The notes below the pieces were generated by a model. That model was not told the DNA's origin. It did not search any database and was given only the letters and a program-made list of their open reading frames with translations. From the NCBI RefSeq assembly GCF_032102605.1, contig NZ_DAMDGT010000002.1, forward strand, positions 55,113 through 119,112: a stretch of DNA of 64,000 nucleotides, read 5' to 3'. This DNA comes from Achromobacter sp. (GTDB lineage Bacteria; Pseudomonadota; Gammaproteobacteria; Burkholderiales; Burkholderiaceae_B). Position 1 is the first letter of the stretch. Each line of letters opens with the position of its first letter. Shown piece after piece: positions 33,913-42,923 of this stretch. The position numbers and the translations under genes were made by a program.

Positions 33913-34965
33913 TCACGGCCAGGCACCCGAGCAGCAGTCCCGTTTTCGAAAAATTCCATAACCGAAATCTCGGTACTTCCCGCTGGGCACTTCAACCCCC
34001 TCCTCGGCGAGGAGCGTGGATCGCCCGATGGGGCCGCAGCAAGTGCCATCGATCTTTTTCGTTTGCGGCACAGGCCATAGTCTCTGGAACTTGTATTGGC
34101 GCTTATCCATGATTGGCTGCCAGTACCCGGTCTGCGAGCAGGAAGCGTCCTCGCCATAGTGCGCGGCCATGGATTTGAACTCGTGCTGCCATGCCAGCAT
34201 TCGGGTGCTCAACAGCCGCGACGTCGCGTCGTTGCTGACGTGCGGATAGACCCAGCCGGTATAGGGATATATGCTGCCCCATGCGCCAGCAGTCCAGAAA
34301 AGCTCCGGTCTCGGAAAGTCCACCAGTGCGGCGACCGCATCAACTGTGCCAGCGGCTATACCCGCCATATTCGCTACAGCGAAGGAGATCGGATTCATCG
34401 TGGTCGAAAGCTCCCAGTCGTCATAGGCTGGGTCCACTTCTGCCGGCCACGCCGGGCTGATGCTTCCTTTGGTGAGGCACCCCGCGTCAAGTAGGACATC
34501 GAGCACGTACATTAGCGGGTTGGTGTAGCCATGCACCCAACGGAACGTCGAGCGCGACAAGGGGCCGATTCCCGCGGTCTCCTTGTGGCTGGTCATACCA
34601 ACTTTGTTGTCGTTGATGCCCGCGTTCAGTCTTACCCCTCCGAGCAGAGGAAAACACCAAGGAACGGTGGTGACGTCGGTCATGTAGACCATCTCCCAGA
34701 ACGACGTGGGAACTCCCACCTGAGGCGGACTCTTGCAGAAGCAGAATGCGTTGTTGAAGCCCGTGTCGAAATCCTCACCGCCGCGCTTGAGAAGGTCCTG
34801 CCCAAAGAGCCGAATCGGGTACACGCACGACCAGCAGTAGGCGGTGATCGGATTTGGAAACTCCCCTTCGCAGGTCAGAGAGTCCGCGTTGGCGGACAAG
34901 GCGCTACAAGCGAGGGCTACCGCGAAAACGGCTCGCCTGAACGCCCTTCGGAATTGGCTACTCAT
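33913..34965 (-). CDS. traU: F-type conjugal transfer protein TraU
   Basis: CEGEFPNPITAYCWSCVYPIRL parallels F-plasmid TraU CEGRFVNPITDICWSCIFPL. The C-terminal FGYGIFRKRDCC parallels FGYLMWRKRNC. Confidence 0.9.
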   Translation of the reverse strand: MSSQFRRAFRRAVFAVALACSALSANADSLTCEGEFPNPITAYCWSCVYPIRLFGQDLLKRGGEDFDTGFNNAFCFCKSPPQVGVPTSFWEMVYMTDVTTVPWCFPLLGGVRLNAGINDNKVGMTSHKETAGIGPLSRSTFRWVHGYTNPLMYVLDVLLDAGCLTKGSISPAWPAEVDPAYDDWELSTTMNPISFAVANMAGIAAGTVDAVAALVDFPRPELFWTAGAWGSIYPYTGWVYPHVSNDATSRLLSTRMLAWQHEFKSMAAHYGEDASCSQTGYWQPIMDKRQYKFQRLWPVPQTKKIDGTCCGPIGRSTLLAEEGVEVPSGKYRDFGYGIFRKRDCCSGAWP

Positions 34966-35702
34966 TTGCCCACCTCATCGGCCTCGTCGGGTGGCATCCC
35001 GATTTCGCGAATCTCCAGCACCTTTCCTTGCTGCGACACCAATGCGGGAACGCGGTCGATTCCAAACCGCGTCGTGACAGCGCCGCCCAAATCGAAGTAG
35101 ACGCGCGTACCCCATTTGCGCATCAGCTCCATGTACGAGCCCCCCACAAGAATCACCTTGTCAGCGGGCGCGGCATCGCGGTGAATACGCGCGAGCTCCA
35201 CTTGCCGATCGTCCCGTGCGTCTATGAAAAGAAGCCGCTTGGACCACGTCGCGAAATCCAGCGGATTCACCGAGACGCCTGCCGGCACCATGATGGCCCC
35301 GTTCTCGTCGTAGACGGTTTCGGTGAATGTCTTCGTCGGATCGAATGTGCGCACTCGATCTTCGGCCGCCGTGGAGATGCCCGGGATTGGAGCCGGGTTC
35401 TCGATGCTATCGATGTACTCGTCTCGATACTGCTCTTGGCGCCGCTTCAACTCGCCAGTCCTTTCCATTTCGCGGAGCTTGTCTTTCATCTGCTCGACCC
35501 CGTCCTGCTCCTCGATTTCCCATGATCTGCCGTAGTTTCCGAGGTCGTCGGCAAATGCACTGCAAGCCATCGATAGCGTGAGAAGAGCCGCAATTGCATT
35601 TAGCGCTGGTGAACGCCGTCCCGGCGTCCCGATTCCGCTTAGTGCTGCGCTTTTGTGATCCATAACGGTCAGCTGCCTGTTAAAGGTGTTGTCGCGCTTC
35701 AT
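34962..35702 (-). CDS. traW: F-type conjugal transfer protein TraW
   Basis: DDLGNYGRSWEIEEQD...LLFIDARDDRQV...VILVGGSYMELMRKWGTRVYFDLGGAVTTRFGIDRVPALV parallels F TraW (DLGTWGDLWPVKEPD...YFDQNGVLCQRLGIDQVPA). Start uncertain. Confidence 0.85.
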   Translation of the reverse strand: MKRDNTFNRQLTVMDHKSAALSGIGTPGRRSPALNAIAALLTLSMACSAFADDLGNYGRSWEIEEQDGVEQMKDKLREMERTGELKRRQEQYRDEYIDSIENPAPIPGISTAAEDRVRTFDPTKTFTETVYDENGAIMVPAGVSVNPLDFATWSKRLLFIDARDDRQVELARIHRDAAPADKVILVGGSYMELMRKWGTRVYFDLGGAVTTRFGIDRVPALVSQQGKVLEIREIGMPPDEADEVGK

Positions 35703-35876
35703 CTTGAAGGCGGTCCACAGCTCTGCGTTATACCATTCTGTGCGTTTTTATTGCACCGATCCATGTTGATTTTTGGTCGCGCTGCGTTTTGAAGAGTGAC
35801 ACCGCTGAATGAATGCCACCTGTCACTACTGGGTCGTATAGGGCGTACCTCGCCCACCCAGTACGGGAGAGTCGGC

Positions 35877-36398
35877 ATGTCACAATCGAAATTGGTTCAC
35901 AACGCGGTAAAAGGTCTGTTCACGCAGGCGCTGCCCGGCTTGGTTCAACAGGCCAGCAGCGACCCGCATTTGATGGACGACGCGATCGAGCTCGCTTTAA
36001 TGCAGCTCGGTTATGTGGACATGGTGTCTGTGTTCACTTACGCGACGGCATACGTCATGACGGAGGTCGAACCGTCCGACGTGTATCACCGCATTGCTGC
36101 GGAGTACCGGGATGAAGACGCTATGCGCGTCCTCGATCTCCACGTCAACCTGCTCCGGTTCGGAGATGCTCTTTCTTTCCAGGGTCGCCTGGTACACGCG
36201 CAGGGGGACTGGGAGGCGGTTGAAGGAATTCCGCTTCAACCGCACCTGGGGGTTTGGCTAAACAGGGCGAAGAACCTGCTTCTTTCTTACTCTGAAGGAC
36301 GCCTCCAGCTTTTGCTTGCTCCACTGTCGCCCTATCTCGACCTGGTGGTGGACACGTACAAGAGCCATCTTGTGGCCAAAGCAGAGACCTTGCAATGA
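35877..36398 (+). CDS. Hypothetical protein
   Basis: GGGAGAG RBS then MSQSKLVHNAVKGLF...; stop overlaps the next start (ATGA). Confidence 0.45.
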   Translation: MSQSKLVHNAVKGLFTQALPGLVQQASSDPHLMDDAIELALMQLGYVDMVSVFTYATAYVMTEVEPSDVYHRIAAEYRDEDAMRVLDLHVNLLRFGDALSFQGRLVHAQGDWEAVEGIPLQPHLGVWLNRAKNLLLSYSEGRLQLLLAPLSPYLDLVVDTYKSHLVAKAETLQ

Positions 36399-36667
36399 GA
36401 GCGATAGATCTATTCCATCGCCCCACCAATCGTCCTCGCGAGGTGATCATCGACGATCGCGGCTTTGTTCTTCCGATCAGCCGCACTCGGCGTCTTGTCG
36501 CCCGAGAGCGTCCAGATTGGGTACACGTTATGCACTCCGAGGACGACGCGAATTACATCGACAGCCTCGCACGGCTCATTCGCGAGAGTGCTTCAATCGC
36601 ACGAAACTCTGCATCTTCGGGCACCGCCCAGTGCCCCGCGACGCAGTACGAGTTGGATCTCCATTGA
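36395..36667 (+). CDS. Hypothetical protein
   Basis: 90-aa ORF translationally coupled to 35877..36398 and followed by a strong terminator. Confidence 0.45.
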   Translation: MRAIDLFHRPTNRPREVIIDDRGFVLPISRTRRLVARERPDWVHVMHSEDDANYIDSLARLIRESASIARNSASSGTAQCPATQYELDLH

Positions 36668-36678
36668 TCCCGCTAGTT

Positions 36679-36714
36679 GAGGCCTCTTCATTACGAAGAG
36701 GCCTCTTTTTTTTT
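36679..36714 (+). terminator. Rho-independent terminator
   Basis: Perfect 11-bp stem GAGGCCTCTTC / GAAGAGGCCTC with a 5-nt loop, followed by T9. Confidence 0.85.
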
Positions 36715-36749
36715 GCCGGCAGGCTGACGACTGTAGAGCCCGACAATCA

Positions 36750-37325
36750 TTAACTCGATTGAGACTCCAGTGCGGCGTCTCGATCATCGGCCGCCGCACC
36801 CTCGAAATCCGCAATGTATCGGACCACGAACTCGGCAGCGGAGGAAACCGTGGACAGCTTTGTCGCCACGACACGTTGCTCCACATCCCGCGGCACTTCT
36901 CCCTCCAAGTACCGGCGATCCACAGATACAACGATGTAGGCATTGCCTAGCCATCGAATCTCCAGCCTCGACCGCCATTCTAGGACGCCGAGCGAACCGT
37001 CCAAGCGAAGCGTGTTCGCCTGCCATCTTGATCCGAACTCACGAGAAGTGAGGACCAGACCTCCTAGCTTTATGCGTGCTAGTCGAAAAGCGGCCAGGAC
37101 CCATGCGCCGTTTTCGGTCGCGCACGGGCCGGTAATAGCCAGCCCGAGGCTACCACTGTCCCTTACCCTATGCGCATAGAAACCAAATCCTTGCCCTGGA
37201 GTCGATATCGGATTTACCGCAACTCTGCACGTGCGCCGCCACTCCGCTATTGCCTGCGTTTGTGCGATCGTCAATTTTGCGAGCGGCGGGTCCCCGCTTA
37301 GTAGCAGTTCACATTCTTCTGTCAT
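36750..37325 (-). CDS. Hypothetical protein (last gene of the small-gene operon)
   Basis: 191-aa ORF with plausible composition and no recognised motif. Confidence 0.45.
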   Translation of the reverse strand: MTEECELLLSGDPPLAKLTIAQTQAIAEWRRTCRVAVNPISTPGQGFGFYAHRVRDSGSLGLAITGPCATENGAWVLAAFRLARIKLGGLVLTSREFGSRWQANTLRLDGSLGVLEWRSRLEIRWLGNAYIVVSVDRRYLEGEVPRDVEQRVVATKLSTVSSAAEFVVRYIADFEGAAADDRDAALESQSS

Positions 37326-37363
37326 CTTGAATTCGGATCGATTCCGTTCGGACCTGTTTTGAA

Positions 37364-37669
37364 TCAGTTAGCGCGTCTCGTCGGCACCACTTCGTCTGGC
37401 AGAGACCCATCAGGCCATCCCAGCGTGTCTAACGTAGGCCAAGCCAACTGGACACACACGCGCAGGTCGGCAATCCGCATCGCCTCGTTCCGCGTCACTG
37501 GTCGACACAGCTCACCCATGATCTGTGCGTACGCCAGGATCAGCCGCATTGCTTTCTCCGAGTGAACCCTTCGGAGCCGGGCGATAATGTCCTCAGAATG
37601 ACGCGTGCTCTTGATCAGCCACGCCGAGTACAGGAAAACAGCACGGTCTTCAGACAGTGGGTAGGCCAT
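37364..37669 (-). CDS. Hypothetical protein
   Basis: 101-aa ORF whose start overlaps the end of the upstream gene. Confidence 0.4.
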   Translation of the reverse strand: MAYPLSEDRAVFLYSAWLIKSTRHSEDIIARLRRVHSEKAMRLILAYAQIMGELCRPVTRNEAMRIADLRVCVQLAWPTLDTLGWPDGSLPDEVVPTRRAN

Positions 37670-38117
37670 GCAGCAACTTCTGTCCCAGGGTCACCATCTC
37701 ACGTCTTCCGACAGACGTAATCATGGTCTGAAAAACCATTTTCCGTTCGGACTGCAAGTAACGCTCCACGCGCCAGAACCATCCCCGGTGAAAGCCCTCC
37801 TCGGTAGGCCTGTTGTGACGGTATGGATCGGCGGATTCCATGAGAAGGCCGTGCGCTCTTAGCGTTGCAAACAACTCAAGTTGCTTCATCTGAAGCTCCG
37901 CCGCCACTTCCGCCACGGTAAAGCAATCCCGCTGCTCTTTTGGTGTGCGATCTCGCCGTCGCTTCCATTCTGCGACGGCTGATTCGGTCCAGTAGCGCGT
38001 TCCCTTTGCTTGATGCGTCGGCGCCGGAAAAGTTTCGTCCCGAAGTGCGTCTCCAAGCTCTTTGGCTTGGAGACCTGTCGCCTCGCAGACTTCTTGTTTT
38101 GAAAGTAGACGCTCCAT
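37650..38117 (-). CDS. AlpA/MerR-type HTH protein (excisionase-like DNA-binding domain)
   Basis: Start at MERLLSKQEVCEATGLQAKELGDALRDETFPAPTHQAKGTRYWTESAVAEWKRR (AlpA-like pattern). A second similar segment, FTVAEVAAELQMKQLELFATLRAHG, follows. Confidence 0.55.
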   Translation of the reverse strand: MERLLSKQEVCEATGLQAKELGDALRDETFPAPTHQAKGTRYWTESAVAEWKRRRDRTPKEQRDCFTVAEVAAELQMKQLELFATLRAHGLLMESADPYRHNRPTEEGFHRGWFWRVERYLQSERKMVFQTMITSVGRREMVTLGQKLLHGLPTV

Positions 38118-38128
38118 CTGAATCACCC

Positions 38129-38662
38129 TCAGGAGAACTGCCACCATGCGCAACCGCCAACCGCGCGCATAAGTTGGCGCGAGGAGCCCTGTACCACGAT
38201 CACACCACTTCGCGTGATGAATGTGCGTCCTTTCGCGTAAGGCAACCAGAGAACCGGACGCGCATGACATGCGTCCGCGACCCCGACAACCTGCGCGATA
38301 GGATTTCGCTCAAAAAACCTGCCCGACGCGCGACGCACCTCAGGCCTACCGAAAATGCGTAGCAACCATGACGTGCGCCGAATGCTCTCGTATGACTTCA
38401 CTTCCACGACCCACCGTTGGCCATGCGCATCGGTAAGAAGAATATCTGCATCGCCGTGGCCCGGGACGGGGACGTTCTTTGTCAGCGTCCAGCCAAGTGG
38501 CAACCTGATGGTGAGCCTGCGCGCGGCTGCCCGTTCGATTCTGCGGCCTCGCCAGCTGTAGTACCTACGTCGCACCGCGCGTACGATGACGACATAGCAG
38601 CAGACCAGAGCGGCAAAAGCCGCGAGAGCAGCCCAGGGGCCCGCCGGCAGGAGCTCAGTCAT
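38129..38662 (-). CDS. Membrane-anchored NERD-domain (PD-(D/E)xK-like) nuclease
   Basis: N-terminal TM (WAALAAFAALVCCYVVIV) followed by VPVPGHGDADILLTDAHGQRWVVEVKSYE, which fits the NERD D...ExK core. Confidence 0.55.
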   Translation of the reverse strand: MTELLPAGPWAALAAFAALVCCYVVIVRAVRRRYYSWRGRRIERAAARRLTIRLPLGWTLTKNVPVPGHGDADILLTDAHGQRWVVEVKSYESIRRTSWLLRIFGRPEVRRASGRFFERNPIAQVVGVADACHARPVLWLPYAKGRTFITRSGVIVVQGSSRQLMRAVGGCAWWQFS

Positions 38663-38942
38663 CGTGTTCCGCCATATTCCGCAGACCTCCAGCCGCTATC
38701 GGGCCCCGCATTGCTGATCGGACCGAAGCGCTCAACCTGGTGGGGTCGATCACGGTCGCTCTATTGAATATGGCTGCCCCGTAGATGTCAGCCAAAGCCC
38801 GAACTTCAGCCGAAAGCGTAACGCCGTCCGATTCGCCGGCTTCCCGCCACGCATTGATCACCGCTTCCAGTTCACTGATTCCAATCGAGCGCATCATCGC
38901 CTCTGCTAGTGGAGCTTGGACCCACTTGTAATTCGTTCCCAT
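38655..38942 (-). CDS. Hypothetical protein
   Basis: 95-aa ORF overlapping both neighbours in the operon. Confidence 0.4.
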   Translation of the reverse strand: MGTNYKWVQAPLAEAMMRSIGISELEAVINAWREAGESDGVTLSAEVRALADIYGAAIFNRATVIDPTRLSASVRSAMRGPIAAGGLRNMAEHDD

Positions 38943-39337
38943 GAAGGGGAAAAGATCGTCTTAACTTCCACCTCCTGAAGCTGGTACTTTTCCGCAATGG
39001 CGTCTATCGCAGCTTGGTGGCCTGCAAATACTCTTGCACGCAGCCGAAACAACGCTTCGCGCGAAAGCAGCCCGGCCTTTTCTAGCGCGTCGGTGTAACC
39101 CTCCAACTGATATGTCGAGCAAATCACCCCATGCACGTTCTCCTCCTTTCCCTGCTCCGCCTGAGCTTCGTAGGCGTTCAGCCACGACAAGGCAAGTGAG
39201 ATCGCAGCTTTGCAGGTCGCCCCCAAGGGTTCCTGCGCGATTGGATAGAAAGCATCTTTGACGCGTCGAAGCGCGGTAGCGAGGTCGGCCTCGGGTGGTC
39301 CCATCACCGCTTTCGCACATATGCCAGTCTTGCTCAT
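38906..39337 (-). CDS. Hypothetical protein
   Basis: Start taken at MSKTGICAK (39337), where ATGA overlaps the stop of the 58-codon ORF upstream. Confidence 0.4.
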   Translation of the reverse strand: MSKTGICAKAVMGPPEADLATALRRVKDAFYPIAQEPLGATCKAAISLALSWLNAYEAQAEQGKEENVHGVICSTYQLEGYTDALEKAGLLSREALFRLRARVFAGHQAAIDAIAEKYQLQEVEVKTIFSPSWERITSGSKLH

Positions 39338-39510
39338 TTTTCGGCTTTCCCAGCCCGAATACGACATGCAAGAGAGGGATGAAGAAGCACTTCACGCGCT
39401 CGCTCTGCCGCATACCTCACCTGCGCGGTAAGTTGCAAAGGCCGCGTCGACGGCTCGATGAGCCGCCCAGGAGTCACGACAAGCTGAGCTCCCTCTTTTT
39501 GATCAGGCAT
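39334..39510 (-). CDS. Small hypothetical protein (58 aa, below the ORF-track cutoff)
   Basis: Own translation: GGAGAATAGG then ATG at 39510 gives MPDQKEGAQLVVTPGRLIEPSTRPLQLTAQVRYAAERAREVLLHPSLACRIRAGKAEK. Its stop overlaps the next start. Confidence 0.35.
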   Translation of the reverse strand: MPDQKEGAQLVVTPGRLIEPSTRPLQLTAQVRYAAERAREVLLHPSLACRIRAGKAEK

Positions 39511-39529
39511 CCTATTCTCCTTCTGTCCG

Positions 39530-39871
39530 TCAGCACGACTCGCCAGTTACCGTGAACTTCCACCAGCCAAGGCTTTTCTCTGCGCCGCCCAACCAATCCA
39601 CGACTAGCCCCTCCCGACCGAGCGCCCCCCGGTCCAACCGGCTCGCGGCAGTCTGCAACGGGTAAAGGCCAAGCTGTCGGGATGCAGTGGCACTAAGATC
39701 CTGATCGTCCACGTGCCAACAGAAGCCCTCCGCATTTGCGAGCACGATGGCCTGCGCTGCATCATCACTCGTGATGGGTAGCAGCTGTTCACTGCATGCA
39801 GGCCAGAGCCTGCGAAGAAGGTCACGGGAGACGATTGGGAGCAGCGAGCCGCTTCGAGCCATGAGTCTCAT
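39530..39871 (-). CDS. Hypothetical protein
   Basis: 113-aa ORF with a 4-nt ATGA overlap with the upstream gene. Confidence 0.4.
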   Translation of the reverse strand: MRLMARSGSLLPIVSRDLLRRLWPACSEQLLPITSDDAAQAIVLANAEGFCWHVDDQDLSATASRQLGLYPLQTAASRLDRGALGREGLVVDWLGGAEKSLGWWKFTVTGESC

Positions 39872-40197
39872 TGTCCGGAGCCTCCAGTCAGTGCCCGCAA
39901 GCGACGAAGCTCCGAGCTCAGCACCGCAAGAGCCGCGTACTTATCTGGCACCGACTGGGGAACCAAGAAAGTGGTTGCCACCAGTTCATCGGCGGCAAAC
40001 TCGGCCATCGCGACTTCTCTCGACGCGAAAGTACCTTTCTGGATGTTCGCAGCCACCGGGGAGTTTTCGAGCGCCCGAACCTCCCGGGCTAGTATCGAAA
40101 GGGCGCGGTACTTTTCACCTCCGCCGCCGAGTGCGTCAGTCCCGCCACCGACGGGAGGAAGTTGCTCGGCAAGCTCAAGTGCACGCTCAACCGACAT
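39868..40197 (-). CDS. Hypothetical protein with an internal duplicated helix (KYRALSILAREVRAL / KYAALAVLSSELRRLRAL)
   Basis: Start taken at MSVERALELAEQ. The longer 200-aa track ORF overlaps a better ORF in another frame. Confidence 0.35.
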   Translation of the reverse strand: MSVERALELAEQLPPVGGGTDALGGGGEKYRALSILAREVRALENSPVAANIQKGTFASREVAMAEFAADELVATTFLVPQSVPDKYAALAVLSSELRRLRALTGGSGQ

Positions 40198-40264
40198 TCC
40201 AAGCAAGTGACAAACGAGGTTGGTCTCTGCTTTCGAAGCCCTCGGGGTAAGCGCTCGGCGAGGG

Positions 40265-40558
40265 CTAAGCACTTCCGAGCTCCCCAATCGGAACGCAGAA
40301 CCCAGCCGCTTCGGCTTGAGCAGCGTGAGCACGCAAAATGGCCACTTCAACCGTCCCCCCCTTCCCGTACGCGGGATATTGGTTGTTGTCTCCAGCCAGA
40401 TTGACCGGCCGAACCTCCCACTCTCCGCTCTCCATAGGCGCCAGAGTGACCCCACCCTGGAACCCGGCAAGAAAGGCGAGTGCCGCCAACACCTCGCAAT
40501 CGGAGGTCTGCTGCCCTCCCGCCCGCCCGCATGTTGTGCGTTGGCTTTCCATGGTCAT
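40265..40558 (-). CDS. Hypothetical protein
   Basis: 97-aa ORF MTMESQRTTCGRAGGQQTSDCEVLAALAFLAGFQGG... fills the gap between 40576 and 40197. Confidence 0.35.
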   Translation of the reverse strand: MTMESQRTTCGRAGGQQTSDCEVLAALAFLAGFQGGVTLAPMESGEWEVRPVNLAGDNNQYPAYGKGGTVEVAILRAHAAQAEAAGFCVPIGELGSA

Positions 40559-40575
40559 ATGAGCGTCCTTTACCG

Positions 40576-40824
40576 CTATTGGCCCGAGCAGGTCACTACC
40601 GCGGCGCTGAGGATATGCGCGTCGGCGAAACGCTTGGTGAACGTCAGGCGCTCATGCTTGCCTTCGCGGCCCGTTTCCCCGTGGAACACTGCGACGGCCT
40701 CCCGGCGGAGATGGCAATTGTCCGGTTGGGTGGCCTGAGTTCCGTAACCCACGAACACGGCACGGCGTCCCGAAGGCAATGTGATGGGCAATTCAGCGTT
40801 CATAGCTCTCTCCAGTGCTGACAA
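40576..40824 (-). CDS. Hypothetical protein (first gene of the small-gene operon)
   Basis: 82-aa ORF directly downstream of dsbC on the same strand. Confidence 0.4.
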   Translation of the reverse strand: MSALERAMNAELPITLPSGRRAVFVGYGTQATQPDNCHLRREAVAVFHGETGREGKHERLTFTKRFADAHILSAAVVTCSGQ

Positions 40825-40878
40825 AAAAACTGCTTTTCCGGTGCCGCAGCCGCGGGCGACGGCACGAAAAAAGCAGCT

Positions 40879-41628
40879 TTACTGTGCGGCCTTCACCCGG
40901 TTGCTCGCGTTTAGCCACGCGTCGAGGTCGGCCGGAGCCAAGGCGCCTGGCTTCGTGGATCCGTCCATTCCGATGAGATACGGGGTGCCCTGGATGTTCA
41001 GCTTGCGCCCCAGTTCCACGTTGCGCGCCACGGGGTTGTCGCACTGACCGGCGTTGTCAGGCTGAGCGCCACGAGCCATGTAGGCGTCATAGGCCGCCCC
41101 GCGCTCGGACTCTCCAGCACACCAGATCTTCCGGGCCACGAGGTTCGCATTGGGGTGAAGGGAGTCCAGGGGAAACAGGAAGGTGTAGATGGTGACGTTT
41201 CCAACCTGGGCGAACGCCTGTTCCAGGCGCTGGCAGTACGGGCAATCCGGATCGGTGAACAGTGCGACCTTTCTCTCGCCCTTCCCGATCACGCGAGCGA
41301 ACGCATCCTGCATCGGCAGCGTATCCATCGCCACCTTCGTCAGCTCAGCCCGACGGGGCGACGTGAGATCTGCACGGCCCACCATGTCGTAGAGATTCCC
41401 GAAAAGGAAGTAGCGGCCGGTCTGCTCCACGTACACGAGATTCTTGCCCCACACGACCTCGAATATTCCGGGCACGGGTGATTCCGTCACAGTGCCGAGC
41501 GGGGAACCCGGGTACTTGGCTTCCAGCGTCGCGCGCACCTGGTCAGCGGCGGGCGACGCAGCTGCGGCGCCCCCGAGTAGAGAAGCAACGAGCGTGATGC
41601 TCGCGCGAAGTCCAAATCGTTTTCCCAC
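40879..41628 (-). CDS. dsbC: DsbC-family thiol:disulfide interchange protein
   Basis: Signal peptide, N-terminal dimerisation domain (PGIFEVVWGKNLVYV), thioredoxin fold with FTDPDCPYCQRLE, and second Cys pair CAGES...QC. Confidence 0.85.
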   Translation of the reverse strand: MGKRFGLRASITLVASLLGGAAAASPAADQVRATLEAKYPGSPLGTVTESPVPGIFEVVWGKNLVYVEQTGRYFLFGNLYDMVGRADLTSPRRAELTKVAMDTLPMQDAFARVIGKGERKVALFTDPDCPYCQRLEQAFAQVGNVTIYTFLFPLDSLHPNANLVARKIWCAGESERGAAYDAYMARGAQPDNAGQCDNPVARNVELGRKLNIQGTPYLIGMDGSTKPGALAPADLDAWLNASNRVKAAQ

Positions 41629-41789
41629 GTCCTGTTCCTATGGAGTAATAGACATTTAGCAATATTATTGCGATGAGCGCATTTTATCCATACCCCACGA
41701 TGTTAATTTTTGCATGCCACCGGACGATGTGCGTCACCTCGCCGCAATAGGTCATTACTCGCCACGGCGAGCACATAGGAGTGGGAATC

Positions 41790-42923
41790 ATGAGTGAAAC
41801 AGTCGATTTCGACGGACTTAAGCAAAAGCTCCCTGTTGCCGCGTTCTTTGAACAGGTAATGGGACTGAAGGCGAAAGCGATGCACTCGGACTCCATTAGG
41901 TTCTCCGGGTGCCCTGCTTGCGGTCTGGGACCTCCAGAGTCGGTGAGGACGAGTGTCAAAACAACCGGTGGAAAAACCCGTTGGCATTGCTTTCGCTGTG
42001 AAGAGGGCGGCGACGTCATCGACGCCGCGGCCTTCTATTGGCAGCTTGAGGTGCCCGAAGCGGCGCGGCGACTCGCGGGTGGACTACCTTCGATGGGTAG
42101 CACCATTCGAAAGTGGCACATCCGCGCAACCGAGGCCAAATCCAAGGAGACTCCACGCGATGAAGCCGCCTTGCGCGAGGTATTCGCGCATATTCGGGGG
42201 AGCAAGTTGCCTCCGGACGGTCGAGTGATGGAGTACCTTGCCGGCCGCGGCATCACCGCTGATGTAGCAAAGGAAGCGATCAAGCGAGGTGTGCTGGCCA
42301 CGTTGCCGGGTAATCCGGCACGTGCAAAGGAATGGCTGTTCGACGTTGTCGGGCACGAACTCCTGGTCAAGAGCGGAATGTTGAGACCTGATTCCAAGGT
42401 CCCAGCAATCTGCTATCGGCCGCTGGCCTGCTTCACCCATAACGCGCGTTCCGCTGAGTTCCGATTGATTCGGAAGCCCCAGAGCGCAGAGGAGGTGAAG
42501 CTGCTTTTCTACGGCCCCATGTTTCCCTACTTTTGGGCGAACGAAGGCTCGAACGACTACACCATCGTTGAGGGTCCAATCGACTTGCTGTCGTCGATTG
42601 TTTTGGGCACGAAGAAGAACGTAATCGGCGTTCCTGGCGCGGGTCGTTGGCGTCCTGAGTGGTTCAAGAACCTTTCGGGGAAGTCAGTCCTTCTGGCTGT
42701 CGACGGTGATGAAGCTGGCCAGCGTGCTGTGCATAAGGCCAACGGCCTTCTGAAGGTCATGACCGACGTCGGGGCCAACGTGAGCGTGCTCACTTATCCC
42801 GAACCGTTCACGTCGGTCACACCGGAAGAAGACTGGGATGTAAATGGCTTTCTCCAATGGAAGTTGTCTCAGCTGCAACAGCAGCAAAGGAACTCATCAT
42901 GCGGCGAACCCAGTACCCGATAG
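41790..42923 (+). CDS. DNA primase-like protein (CHC2-type zinc finger plus Toprim)
   Basis: AGGAG RBS then ATG at 41790. Zinc finger GCPACG...RWHCFRCEEGGDVIDAAAFY, then Toprim IVEGPIDLLS ... LAVDGDEAGQRA. Confidence 0.75.
   Translation: MSETVDFDGLKQKLPVAAFFEQVMGLKAKAMHSDSIRFSGCPACGLGPPESVRTSVKTTGGKTRWHCFRCEEGGDVIDAAAFYWQLEVPEAARRLAGGLPSMGSTIRKWHIRATEAKSKETPRDEAALREVFAHIRGSKLPPDGRVMEYLAGRGITADVAKEAIKRGVLATLPGNPARAKEWLFDVVGHELLVKSGMLRPDSKVPAICYRPLACFTHNARSAEFRLIRKPQSAEEVKLLFYGPMFPYFWANEGSNDYTIVEGPIDLLSSIVLGTKKNVIGVPGAGRWRPEWFKNLSGKSVLLAVDGDEAGQRAVHKANGLLKVMTDVGANVSVLTYPEPFTSVTPEEDWDVNGFLQWKLSQLQQQQRNSSCGEPSTR

Noticed and set aside
39868-40470. 200-aa form of the ORF at 39868..40470
   Set aside because: Its N-terminal half is Arg/Gly/Leu-rich and overlaps a more protein-like 97-aa ORF (40265..40558). 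It was split into two shorter genes, both with low confidence.
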